From NCBI GenBank assembly GCA_043718445.1, contig JAYSVR010000216.1, positions 1-53,195 of the forward strand: a stretch of DNA of 53,195 nucleotides, written 5' to 3'. Source of the DNA: Acidobacteriota bacterium. Lineage in GTDB: Bacteria > Acidobacteriota > Blastocatellia > RBC074. This document shows positions 1 to 8,958 of the stretch, in pieces; the first letter of the stretch is position 1, and each line of letters starts with the position of its first letter. The translations under genes were made by a program, and so were the position numbers. The notes under the pieces are model-generated. The model had not been told where the DNA came from, made no database searches, and saw only the letters and a program-made list of their open reading frames with translations.

Positions 1-114
1 AAAGACCGACAGCGACAATGTTGGGAAGTCACTAAGCTTGAAAAGCTGCGTCAACACGGAGACAAAACGAAACTCAACCAATTTCTGGATGAGGTCAAAT
101 GCAATTTCTTATGA
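1..114 (+). CDS. 3' end of an upstream hypothetical gene (partial)
   Basis: Frame 1 is open from base 1 (KDRQRQCWEVTKLEKLRQHGDKTKLNQFLDEVKCNFL) to TGA 112-114, which overlaps ATG 111-113 of the next gene (ATGA coupling). Confidence 0.5.
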   Translation, partial: KDRQRQCWEVTKLEKLRQHGDKTKLNQFLDEVKCNFL

Positions 115-1001
115 ACCTACCAAAAGCTGTAACCATCATGGACGTAAGCCCCCGCGACGGGCTGCAATCAGAAGCAGTCTTCGTACCGACCGAAAAGAAA
201 GTCGCGTTGATCGAGGCGTTGATTGACGCGGGTTTGCGGCGCATTGAAGTGACTTCGTTCGTCTCGCCTAAGTGGGTTCCGCAAATGGCCGATGCCGCCG
301 AAGTCTTGCAAGCCGTCGTAGCCAAACATCCCGACGTGACGTTTGAAGTGTTGCTGCCTAATGAGAAGGGCTACGACCGCGCGATCAACACAGGCTTGGT
401 CAGGCAGGTCGGCTATATCGTAGCCGCTACGGAAACCCTCAACGTCAAGAACGTCAATATGAGCGTCGCCGATTCGATGAAGCAGTTCGCCGTGATTGCG
501 GCGCGCGCTAAAGCCGATGGCATTCGCATGCGCGGAACCATTGGCGTTTCGTTCGTCTGCCCTTATGAAGGCGCGGTTGATCCGGCCAAAGTCATCGCCA
601 TCGCAGATGAATACTTCGCGGCGGGCGCGGATGAAGTCTGCATTGCCGACACCATCGGACGCGCGCTGCCTCATCGCGTTTATGATTTATTCGCCGCCGT
701 GAAAGACAAACACGCTGACAAACCATTGGCCGGGCACTTTCACGATACTTACAAAATGTCCTGTGCGAACGTGTTCGCCGCGTTGCAGGCGGGCGCTGAC
801 ATTTTCGACAGTGCCGTGGGCAATCTCGGAGGCTGCCAGTTTGCCAAAGGCGCGACGGGCAATGTCTCGACCGAGCAACTCGTTTATATGCTCAACGGCA
901 TGGGCATCGTCACCGGCGTAGACCACGCGAAAATCACCGAGGTCGGACGCAACGCGCAACGCCTTATCAGTCCACCACCAACAAACACCATTTCTGCTTA
1001 G
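111..1001 (+). CDS. hmgL: Hydroxymethylglutaryl-CoA lyase (DRE-TIM metallolyase)
   Basis: N-terminal DVSPRDGLQ, metal-binding HFHDT and LGGC..A.GATGNVSTE motifs. Start is 111 (ATGA overlap) or 99. Confidence 0.9.
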   Translation: MNLPKAVTIMDVSPRDGLQSEAVFVPTEKKVALIEALIDAGLRRIEVTSFVSPKWVPQMADAAEVLQAVVAKHPDVTFEVLLPNEKGYDRAINTGLVRQVGYIVAATETLNVKNVNMSVADSMKQFAVIAARAKADGIRMRGTIGVSFVCPYEGAVDPAKVIAIADEYFAAGADEVCIADTIGRALPHRVYDLFAAVKDKHADKPLAGHFHDTYKMSCANVFAALQAGADIFDSAVGNLGGCQFAKGATGNVSTEQLVYMLNGMGIVTGVDHAKITEVGRNAQRLISPPPTNTISA

Positions 1002-1005
1002 ACCT

Positions 1006-2535
1006 ATGAACAAACGCATTTTTACTCTCTTGCTGGTTGGTTTGGTTGCTTGTGCCAACGCGCAACCAAACGCATTGCAACTGCCGCGCATCGCCAACGC
1101 CAAGCCGCGCAATATCGTTTTCATCCTCACGGACGATCATCGTTATGATGCGATGGGTTTCTTGAAAGGCCAGTCGTTTCTGCAAACGCCGAACCTCGAT
1201 GCGATGGCGCGCAACGGCGTACACATGAAAAACGCTTTTGTGACGACGGCGTTGTGTTCGCCTTCGCGCGCTTCGATTCTGACGGGCTTATATGCACATC
1301 AGCACGGCGTGGTAGACAACAACAATCCCGTTTCGCAAAAGCTGATTTTCGTTTCGCAATACTTGCAAAAGGCTGGTTACGAAACGGCGATGATCGGCAA
1401 GTGGCACATGGGCGGTGAGTTTGATGATCCGCAACGCGGCTTCGATCACTGGGTGAGTTTCAAAGGGCAAGGCACTTATTTGCCGAACAAGAATGGCTTT
1501 AACGTAGACGGCAAGAAGGTTCCGCAAAAGGGTTACATCACCGATGAATTGACGGACTATGCAGTCAATTGGATGAAGACGCGCAAGGGCGACAAACCGT
1601 TCATGCTTTATCTATCGCACAAAGGCGTACACGCCGATTTCGTACCGGCTGAAAGATACAAAGACAGCTTCAAAAACGAGTCGTTCGTCACGCCGCGCAG
1701 CTTCGATCCGGTGAATGTGAAAGACGCGCCGATGTGGGTGCGCAACCAGCGCAATAGTTGGCACGGCGTAGACTTCCCTTATCACTCAGAACTCGACATC
1801 GCGGCTTATTACAAGCTGTATGCGGAAACGCTGCGCGGCGTTGACGACAGCGTAGGCCGCGTGATGGCGTGGCTTAAAGAGTCGGGCAAGCTCGATTCGA
1901 CGCTGGTGATTTATATGGGCGACAACGGCTTCGCGTTTGGCGAACACGGCTTGATAGACAAACGCACGGCGTATGAAGAATCAATGCGCGTGCCGATGAT
2001 TGTGCAATGCCCTGAGCTATTCAAAGGCGGCACTTCGTCAGAAGCCGTCGTCGCCAACATTGACATCACGCCGACGATGCTTGAAGCCGCAGGCGTAAAG
2101 GCTCCGGTTGGATTAGCAGGCAAGAGTTTCATCACCGTCGCACAAGGCAAAAACGTACCGTGGCGCGATGGTTTGCTATATGAGTATTACTGGGAGCGCA
2201 ACTTCCCGCAGACGCCGACGATGCACGCCTTGCGCGGCAGCCGTTACAAATACATTCACGTGCATGGGTTGTGGGATGTGGATGAGCTTTATGATTTGCA
2301 AAACGATCCGCTCGAAACGACCAATCTGATTTTTAGCGAAGCCCATCAGGCCACCGTCAAACAGATGAATGAGCAGTTGTTTGCTGAATTAAAGAAAAGC
2401 GAAGGCATGTATATTCCGCTCTATGCTGATCGCGGCGGCGTCAATCGCTTGCGACGTAAAGACGGCGCGACGAATGCGACTTTTCCGCCGCAGTTGATTC
2501 GTGACAAAGGCGTGACGAATCCCGAACACAAATGA
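1006..2535 (+). CDS. Exported Cys-type sulfatase (N-acetylglucosamine-6-sulfatase-like)
   Basis: Signal peptide, PRNIVFILTDD, formylglycine motif CSPSRASILTG, GKWH, GDNG, DKR, and ELYDL..DP.E..NL. Confidence 0.92.
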   Translation: MNKRIFTLLLVGLVACANAQPNALQLPRIANAKPRNIVFILTDDHRYDAMGFLKGQSFLQTPNLDAMARNGVHMKNAFVTTALCSPSRASILTGLYAHQHGVVDNNNPVSQKLIFVSQYLQKAGYETAMIGKWHMGGEFDDPQRGFDHWVSFKGQGTYLPNKNGFNVDGKKVPQKGYITDELTDYAVNWMKTRKGDKPFMLYLSHKGVHADFVPAERYKDSFKNESFVTPRSFDPVNVKDAPMWVRNQRNSWHGVDFPYHSELDIAAYYKLYAETLRGVDDSVGRVMAWLKESGKLDSTLVIYMGDNGFAFGEHGLIDKRTAYEESMRVPMIVQCPELFKGGTSSEAVVANIDITPTMLEAAGVKAPVGLAGKSFITVAQGKNVPWRDGLLYEYYWERNFPQTPTMHALRGSRYKYIHVHGLWDVDELYDLQNDPLETTNLIFSEAHQATVKQMNEQLFAELKKSEGMYIPLYADRGGVNRLRRKDGATNATFPPQLIRDKGVTNPEHK

Positions 2536-2673
2536 GGGAGCGCGGTCGTCCCGACCGCATAAAACAAAAGCCGCCCAGCGTTCATTTTCCCAACTTCTCG
2601 CAATGCGAGAGATTGAAAAAAGGAGCGCTGGGCGGCTTCTTTATTTTGCGGTCGGGACGACCGCGTTCCCTCA
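2533..2673. repeat. REPIN-like 141-bp imperfect palindrome between convergent genes; probable bidirectional terminator
   Basis: Arms tgagggagcgcggtcgtcccgaccgca and tgcggtcgggacgaccgcgttccctca, with inner arms aagccgcccagcg / cgctgggcggctt. Each outer arm holds its own hairpin (gcggtcg-tcc-cgaccgc). Confidence 0.85.
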
Positions 2674-3534
2674 GGCGCGCATTTTCTTATACGTCGCCAA
2701 ACACTTCTCAGCCGTTTCAAGCGAACCGAAACGGCTGCCTTCCTGTTCCATCAAATAAAACTCCGCGCCGCCTTTGGCTTCGGCGGCGGCGAATATTTTC
2801 TGCCACGGTGTTTCGCCTTCGCCGAACAGCACGCGATAACCCTTCTCGTCTTTGGCTTCGCCTTTCGCCCAGTCTTTCAAATGCAACGAACGTATGCGTC
2901 CCGGATTGGCGTTGATCCACGTGACGCAATCAGCGCCCGCTTCAACCGCCGTGCCGATGTCGAATTGCAGCGTTACATCTTTTGGCGTATTCGCGGCCAA
3001 CACTTCAATCGGACGCTTGCCTTCGAGCGGCGTAAATTCAACCTGATGATTGTGGAAGCCCGCGCGCATGTTCAACGGCTTTAATTTCTCAGCCGCCATC
3101 GTGAGTTTGTCGGCTACGCCCTTCCAACCGTCCAGCCCTTGCACGCGGCCTGCGCTCGCCATCACCAGCGTTTTTGAACCGATGATCTGATTGAGTTCGA
3201 TAGCCTTCGGCAAATTCTCTGGCGTGAACACGTTCGCGCCGTTGTGCGTAGACAGGCATTTGATTTTCAACTCATCCAACAGCTTGCGCACCTCTTTGGC
3301 GTAATCTGTCGTCCATTGCGTATAAGGCGAATAGAACTCGACGACTTCGTAACCAAGTTTGGCTACGGCACGCACCGTACCCATCAGGTCTTTCTGCAAT
3401 TCATCGCGTACGGCGTAAAGTTCGATGCCGATGGGCACACGCTTTTTCGGAGCCGCTGGCAAAGCCAGTGCAACCGAAGCAGAAGCAGTCAAAGAAAAAA
3501 AAGAGCGGCGTGAAAGAGAGTTGAAAGTTGTCAT
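2671..3534 (-). CDS. Tat-exported sugar phosphate isomerase/epimerase family protein (xylose isomerase-like TIM barrel)
   Basis: SRRSFF Tat motif; GFHNHQVEF, QFDIG, HLKD and MEQE metal-site motifs. Confidence 0.88.
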   Translation of the reverse strand: MTTFNSLSRRSFFSLTASASVALALPAAPKKRVPIGIELYAVRDELQKDLMGTVRAVAKLGYEVVEFYSPYTQWTTDYAKEVRKLLDELKIKCLSTHNGANVFTPENLPKAIELNQIIGSKTLVMASAGRVQGLDGWKGVADKLTMAAEKLKPLNMRAGFHNHQVEFTPLEGKRPIEVLAANTPKDVTLQFDIGTAVEAGADCVTWINANPGRIRSLHLKDWAKGEAKDEKGYRVLFGEGETPWQKIFAAAEAKGGAEFYLMEQEGSRFGSLETAEKCLATYKKMRA

Positions 3535-3572
3535 AAGGTTTTTTGAAACTGTGCAGGTAAAAGAATCCGCAG

Positions 3573-3866
3573 CTATACAAGCTGTAATTCGCCCATCGGT
3601 TCAGTCACTTGACGACTCGCCTCGATTTCGAACTCGGCTAGTATATTGCGGCAATAAGGGTAACGTTCGGTGATCGCTTGCAACGCTATCGTAAATTCAA
3701 TCGTGCGATCTTCTGCATCGGCGATCAGTTGCGGTAATTCCTCTGCCGCATCCAAAAGGCCAACGACTTTCGACATCTGGTTTTCTTTGGAAGCCAGAAA
3801 ACGCGCCCGCACGATGATTTGTTGTAATGCCCAAAGCGCACGGTTGTGCTTGTCAGGTTGAATCAT
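3573..3866 (-). CDS. Small helical hypothetical protein, possible immunity/antitoxin partner of the upstream ParB-like gene
   Basis: ATG 3866 preceded by AAGGAG; 97 aa; starts 10 nt after the upstream stop. The function is inferred only. Confidence 0.65.
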   Translation of the reverse strand: MIQPDKHNRALWALQQIIVRARFLASKENQMSKVVGLLDAAEELPQLIADAEDRTIEFTIALQAITERYPYCRNILAEFEIEASRQVTEPMGELQLV

Positions 3867-3876
3867 AAAAACTCCT

Positions 3877-4197
3877 TCAATTGTTTTCGCCCGTTGGGTC
3901 AAGCGAAATGTCCTGAATTGTTCGCCCTTCTTTCCCAGGGGTAATGAGAATGGGCGGTACAGGTGTTCCCGCTTTCACCTGATCGAACGTTTTCATAAAT
4001 CGTTCCCAGTCCTTGAGCGAGCTGATGTCTATACTACGCTTGGTCGTCACTCTTAGTGAAGTTAGCAATACCTCGCGTTGCACAATGAGGTTGCCGTCGT
4101 CGTCAATGATTTCAGCCGGAATAGCGTCTTTGCCCACTAACTCAAAAGACTTTGCCCGCCGCACCCCATCAATAATTTCGAAGGTATCTTCACCCAT
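3877..4197 (-). CDS. ParB/Sulfiredoxin-like domain protein, apparently circularly permuted
   Basis: FEIIDGVRRAKS...G...IPAEII lies at the N-terminus and G.PVPPILIT at the C-terminus, the reverse of the canonical order. Confidence 0.6.
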   Translation of the reverse strand: MGEDTFEIIDGVRRAKSFELVGKDAIPAEIIDDDGNLIVQREVLLTSLRVTTKRSIDISSLKDWERFMKTFDQVKAGTPVPPILITPGKEGRTIQDISLDPTGENN

Positions 4198-4200
4198 GGC

Positions 4201-4719
4201 TTAATTCATTTTGTCGTGGCAATAAGTGCAATCAGTGCTGGCCTTGTTGGCCTGATGGCAATTCATGCAACTCGCCATATTGATCTCTTTGGTTTTATAC
4301 ATCTGTTCAAGCTCTTTCACTTCGCCGTGGCAAGTCGCGCACGTTGCGCCCCCCGGAGTCCCTGAAGTCAGATGTGCGCGATGGCTGAAAAAAACATACG
4401 AAGGAATTTCATAAACGCGCCGCCACTTGATCTCGCGTTTATCTTTGGCATACGCCGCAAGTTTTTGAATTTCCGGCGCATCGGCCTTCACGTCTTCGTG
4501 ACATTGCATGCACAACGTTGCCGTAGCCAATCCCATATTCTCGCCGGGTTCAGGATTCTTGTGACACGTAGCGCATTTCAAATTTTGCGCGCCCGCGTGC
4601 AGCTTGTGGCTAAACGCAATCGGTTGCACCGGCCCCGGCAAGGGCTTTTGCTCTGATTGCGCAAGTACAGCCAATACGCAAAACGCTAACACGCAACTGA
4701 ATTGAATCGTTCGCCTCAC
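4201..4719 (-). CDS. Pentaheme cytochrome c3-family protein (ActA-like)
   Basis: Signal peptide; five CxxCH motifs (CATCH, CMQCH, CATCH, CMNCH, CTYCH); [10 protein letters not shown] and FFSHRAH; GTG start overlaps the GMC stop. Confidence 0.9.
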   Translation of the reverse strand: MRRTIQFSCVLAFCVLAVLAQSEQKPLPGPVQPIAFSHKLHAGAQNLKCATCHKNPEPGENMGLATATLCMQCHEDVKADAPEIQKLAAYAKDKREIKWRRVYEIPSYVFFSHRAHLTSGTPGGATCATCHGEVKELEQMYKTKEINMASCMNCHQANKASTDCTYCHDKMN

Positions 4720-6284
4720 ACTTCTCCTTTTTTCACCAACTCAGCCAGATGCTCACTCGCGCGCAGCGCCAGCGCCATAATCGTCAACGTAGGGTTTTGC
4801 GCGCCGCCTGAAACAAAACTGCTGCCATCCATCACGAATAGATTCTTGATGTCGTGCGATTGATTCCATTGGTTCAACACACTCGTTTTCGGATTATCGC
4901 CCATTCGACAAGTACCAAGTTCGTGCATGCTGCGACCGGGGTTATTCATGACTTCGTTGCGATGCAACACTTCGCAGCCGCTATCAAGCAACAACTGGCT
5001 CACCGTATCAACCGCGTCCTTCGCCATATTGAATTCGTTGTCGGTGTATTTAACGTTGAAGTTCAACACGGGAATACCCCACGCATCCGTGACTTTCGGG
5101 TCGAGTTTGACGTGATTTTCAAAGCGCGCGAGCGTCTCTCCCATAATCGTCGTACCAATACCTGCGTTGCGATGATTGTTGACCGCGTCTTCAAGTTCAG
5201 CGCCCCACAACGGAAAGTATTTCGCATCCGGCGACTGTCCGGGATTCACATCGCAAGCGTAACCGCGCAGGAAGTTTTTCTCTTTCGTTTTCAGATTGCG
5301 GAACCTGACGATTACGCCAGAACCGCTGAAGCCGCGCGACGGCTTGCCGCCTTTCACTTCGGGAATCACGCCGTAAACGCCACTCGGAATGTAAAACTGA
5401 TCGTGCCAATAATGCCCCAGCACGCCGCTCGAATTAGCGATATTTGAATTCAACAGAATGCGCGTGCTTTCTAAACACGAAGCGCCCAACACTACGGCTT
5501 TGGCTTTGGCGTGCAACTCGCGCCCCGATTGACGATCAAAAAAACTGACACCGTTCGCTTTACCGGTTGCCTTATCAACCGTGACGGCGCGCACCACAGC
5601 ATTCGGTACGATGGTCAGATTGCCGGTCGCTTGCGCCGTGGGCAATAACAAATTGGCCGAACTCGCAAACTGTCCATCGCCTAAGGCGCGCCGAATTTTC
5701 GTGATGCGCATGCCGCGCGTCGCGCCGGTTTTATTCATTCGTTCGATCACTGCGCCATCAGGCGAAGCGTCTTCGACAAATTGTCCGTCGGGCAATTGCG
5801 GCAAGCCTTCTTTGCGGCCTGATACGCGGAAGATGGTTTCTATGCGGTCGTAAAAAGGCGCAAGCTCCGCATAACTAATAGGCCAGTTGTCGCCATATCC
5901 ATCGTGGTCTTTCGCTTTGAATTCGTAATCGCTCAGGCGATAAGACATTCGTCCCCAGAAATTCGACTTGCCGCCGATCATGCGAATGCGTCCCCAACTG
6001 TAGGGAATTTTCGTGCTGTAAGTGTAAGGCACTTGATCGTGGTCTACCCATTGATGAGCGTTGAACTCGGTCGCTTGATAAATGTTCGGCAACTTACCCG
6101 GTTTGCCCAAGCCGCGATAAGGCAATTCATAAACCGGCTTGAGCGTGCGCTGGCGATTGAAATCAACCAGCGGCCCGGCTTCAAGCACTAAACAACTCGC
6201 GCCTTTTTGCGTCAGTGCATAAGCCGCCGTTCCGCCTGCCGCGCCTGAACCAACTATAAGTACGTCGTATTCTGTGTTTGTCAT
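4716..6284 (-). CDS. GMC family FAD oxidoreductase (large subunit)
   Basis: [15 protein letters not shown]-binding motif, GGKSNFWG, C-terminal HELGTCRMG and [11 protein letters not shown]. No signal peptide. Confidence 0.92.
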   Translation of the reverse strand: MTNTEYDVLIVGSGAAGGTAAYALTQKGASCLVLEAGPLVDFNRQRTLKPVYELPYRGLGKPGKLPNIYQATEFNAHQWVDHDQVPYTYSTKIPYSWGRIRMIGGKSNFWGRMSYRLSDYEFKAKDHDGYGDNWPISYAELAPFYDRIETIFRVSGRKEGLPQLPDGQFVEDASPDGAVIERMNKTGATRGMRITKIRRALGDGQFASSANLLLPTAQATGNLTIVPNAVVRAVTVDKATGKANGVSFFDRQSGRELHAKAKAVVLGASCLESTRILLNSNIANSSGVLGHYWHDQFYIPSGVYGVIPEVKGGKPSRGFSGSGVIVRFRNLKTKEKNFLRGYACDVNPGQSPDAKYFPLWGAELEDAVNNHRNAGIGTTIMGETLARFENHVKLDPKVTDAWGIPVLNFNVKYTDNEFNMAKDAVDTVSQLLLDSGCEVLHRNEVMNNPGRSMHELGTCRMGDNPKTSVLNQWNQSHDIKNLFVMDGSSFVSGGAQNPTLTIMALALRASEHLAELVKKGEV

Positions 6285-6293
6285 TGTTGTGAG

Positions 6294-6359
6294 AGTGGCT
6301 AGTTGTTAGTGGCTAGTGGCTAGTTCAATGTCATCCATACTAGCCATTAGCCGCTAATC
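6294..6359. repeat. Inverted heptamer tandem repeat (agtggct)n / (tagccac-like)n
   Basis: agtggct-agttgtt-agtggct-agtggct-agt followed by inverted ctagcca-ttagccg-ctaatc; the right arm overlaps the TAG stop at 6354-6356. Confidence 0.65.
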
Positions 6360-6947
6360 AATTGGATACCAATACTGCCCTGTGCCGCCGCCGCGTCGCC
6401 CGGCTGCGCCTGCCGTGGCGTAAGCGCGCGAGTTGATTGTCGCCGTTCGCACATCAGCTTTGGCTTCGCGCAGGAAGCGCGCGAACGCATCAGTCGGCGG
6501 AACATAAGTCCACGCTTCACGCAACGGCGCAAGCAAGCTGCTGGCTTGCGTAGCGTCGAGTTCCGCAAACGGCTTTTTGAATTGACGCTGCGCGTTCGCG
6601 TTTAACGTGTCGAGTCCGGTGCGATAAAGCTGCTGTCGTTCGATGGGTGACTTGCTGATGAGGAAGTCGAGAAACGCAGGCGCGTCGGTTTCGAGCGCGC
6701 CGGGCATGCCATTCAACGCGGGCATCAGGATGTCACACAGCTTCGACAACGCTACAAATTGCGCCGCCGTGAAAAAGCGCGGCGTCGTTGCTCCCGCCAC
6801 GTCGAGCGAAGCAATCTCGAGTTTAACCGCTTCAGCTTGCGGCGCGGGTTGTTGCTCAACCACGACCGCGTGAAATGATTCGGCTCCGGCAGGAAAAGCC
6901 GCCGCCGGAGTCATTGCCAACGTTTGAATAAAGTTTCTTCGTTTCAT
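6354..6947 (-). CDS. Gluconate 2-dehydrogenase subunit 3 family protein (Tat carrier subunit)
   Basis: MKRRNFI Tat signal; FFT..QF..L..LCD.LMP...PGA....P.FLD and F.ELD..Q..LL pattern; directly upstream of the GMC gene. Confidence 0.85.
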   Translation of the reverse strand: MKRRNFIQTLAMTPAAAFPAGAESFHAVVVEQQPAPQAEAVKLEIASLDVAGATTPRFFTAAQFVALSKLCDILMPALNGMPGALETDAPAFLDFLISKSPIERQQLYRTGLDTLNANAQRQFKKPFAELDATQASSLLAPLREAWTYVPPTDAFARFLREAKADVRTATINSRAYATAGAAGRRGGGTGQYWYPID

Positions 6948-6965
6948 AGCTCAGTAGACATATCG

Positions 6966-7198
6966 CGGCGGAAAACAATGAATAATTTGCATTGATGCTC
7001 CCACGATTAACCCGAACCACTTGATTACCAGCATTATCCCTTATCCATTTTCAATTATTGGCAGGGACAAACCTGAAGCAAGATGGCCTTTGCCAATAGT
7101 TGAAAATGGATAAGGGATAATGCTTCTTGCCCAATAGCCTCTGATAGCTGGGGGGTCAGCAGTAGACTTAAATGCAAATTCGATAACATTTTCTGCCG
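6966..7198. repeat. Nested AT-rich inverted-repeat element
   Basis: Inner arms 7030-7063 and 7091-7124 match at 33 of 34 nt and show 7-nt periodicity. Outer arms cggcggaaaa..aatttgcatt / aatgcaaatt..ttttctgccg. Confidence 0.8.
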
Positions 7199-7210
7199 GA
7201 GCAACTCTGG

Positions 7211-8809
7211 TTATTTTTTCTGGAGAATTTGATCAAGCAGGTAATATCTCCCCCAGGAGGCATCTACTTCTGACCGCGTATTCACGTCAATAATCAAACG
7301 CGACCCAGTGTTGAACTGATGCCAAATAGGCAATCCTTTGCCGTTCGGATTACCGGTTTTGATGAAGTTGGCAAAGTATTCCTGCATCACTGCTGATACT
7401 TTGTAATCTTCCGGTGTCCAGGCATAGACCTTATTCGAGTCTAGATTGCCCATCGCATATTCGATTTCCGCAGAATGCACGGCTCCACGAGCAGGCGGTC
7501 GCTGAGGTTGCTGCCCGCGAATCATGCCACCGGCTAATCCAGGTTGGGCATCTCCCATTTCTGGTCGCATAGCAGGACGCGGTCGCTCATAGCGATAGTA
7601 ATAGGTCTTCCCACCGCTACGGCTTGTAATCGTTGCCCACTTCCACGTGCTGTAACTGATGAACCTGTCGCTGGCTAACTCTTGTCCAGCATTCATTACT
7701 TCGGTTTCATCTTTAGCAGGATATTCTTTGAATACCGCCTCGGCCTGATCCCCATAAAGCCTTTCCAATGCTTTACGGTAATTCTCAACCGTTGGCTTTT
7801 CACGGCCCAGAATACCGAAATAACCTGACTCCTCCGAGTTCACTCCAGCTAAGTGCGGAACACGAGCGTGTTCTCCTTTCTCATAAATTCGAACCGGAGA
7901 TTCAGGGAAAAAATATCCATCCACTGTCGGCGAGAAACGCGGCAAGCCCGGCTTGGCGGTCGCCTCGAGCAATTCGTTTTCGGGCAGAGCGCGCAAGGCC
8001 GCCAACGATTCTTTACCAATCGCCGCGCCGAACTTCACGCCGTTCTGTTCGCCTTCAACCAGCGGCACCGCCGACAACGCGCCCATAATCGAACCGCTTT
8101 CGCCAATCGCTCCCGCAATCAAACCTTTCGACAAGGGCGAAGCCATCTGCGCGCTCACCGCAATCGAACCCGCCGACTCGCCCGCAATCGTGACGCGTTT
8201 CGGATCGCCGCCAAACGCCGCGATGTTTTGTTGTACCCACTTGAGCGCCGCGTGTTGATCGAACAACGCATAATTGCCCGACGCTTTGTTCGGCGATTCT
8301 TTCGTCAGCTCGGGATGCGCCATAAAACCGAATACGCTCAAGCGATAATTCACCGTGATGGCGACGATGCCTTTGCGCGCCATGCTCTCGCCGTCATAAC
8401 GCGGCTCTGAGCCGTCGCCCGCCATAAAGCCGCCGCCGAAAAAATAAACCAGCACAGGCAGTTTTTCGCGGCCCGATTTCGCAGGCGTCCAGACGTTGAG
8501 ATAAAGGCAATCTTCGCTCATCCCGTTCGCGCGAAAGTTCATGTCGCCGAAAAGATTGCGTTGCATACAACGCGCGCCGAACTTGTCTGCTTTGCGAATG
8601 CCTTCCCAATTTTTCACCGCTTGCGGCGGCTTCCAGCGCAAATCACCTACGGGCGGAGCGCCGAACGGAATACCTTTGAAACTGCGCACGCCATTGTCTG
8701 GTGCGCCTTCGAGCGTGCCGTTGGCAATTTTGACGCGATCTTGCGCAATGGTTGAACAAGCCAGTGCCAGCGTGAATACAACAGAAAACAGTAGCTTATG
8801 TTTTGTCAT
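7211..8809 (-). CDS. Secreted type B carboxylesterase (para-nitrobenzyl esterase-like)
   Basis: Signal peptide; SEDCLYLNVWTP, GGGF, nucleophile GESAG, and GAVHSAEI. Confidence 0.92.
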   Translation of the reverse strand: MTKHKLLFSVVFTLALACSTIAQDRVKIANGTLEGAPDNGVRSFKGIPFGAPPVGDLRWKPPQAVKNWEGIRKADKFGARCMQRNLFGDMNFRANGMSEDCLYLNVWTPAKSGREKLPVLVYFFGGGFMAGDGSEPRYDGESMARKGIVAITVNYRLSVFGFMAHPELTKESPNKASGNYALFDQHAALKWVQQNIAAFGGDPKRVTIAGESAGSIAVSAQMASPLSKGLIAGAIGESGSIMGALSAVPLVEGEQNGVKFGAAIGKESLAALRALPENELLEATAKPGLPRFSPTVDGYFFPESPVRIYEKGEHARVPHLAGVNSEESGYFGILGREKPTVENYRKALERLYGDQAEAVFKEYPAKDETEVMNAGQELASDRFISYSTWKWATITSRSGGKTYYYRYERPRPAMRPEMGDAQPGLAGGMIRGQQPQRPPARGAVHSAEIEYAMGNLDSNKVYAWTPEDYKVSAVMQEYFANFIKTGNPNGKGLPIWHQFNTGSRLIIDVNTRSEVDASWGRYYLLDQILQKK

Positions 8810-8844
8810 AAAAAATATTCTCAACGTGATGCCAAAGTTTTTTT

Positions 8845-8942
8845 GAGAATACGGAACAGGCGGAAATAACGGAACAAACGGAATTTTTCATTAGCGTTGT
8901 ATTTTCCGTATGTTCCGTTATTTCCGTCTGTTCCATATTCTC
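8845..8942. repeat. Palindrome built from 9-mer tandem units (acggaa-NNN)
   Basis: gagaatacggaacaggcggaaataacggaacaaacggaa ... ttccgtatgttccgttatttccgtctgttccatattctc. Confidence 0.85.
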
Positions 8943-8958
8943 GTTTTCACTATCTCAA

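Noticed and set aside
2532-2915. ORFs translated from repeat elements (also 27263-27553, 36502-36792, 50980-51246)
   Set aside because: They read through palindromic or tandem repeats or antisense CDS and have no coding signature.
4201-4719. Alternative complex III operon
   Set aside because: Only the ActA-like pentaheme is present; actB-F are absent and the gene is coupled to a GMC oxidoreductase.
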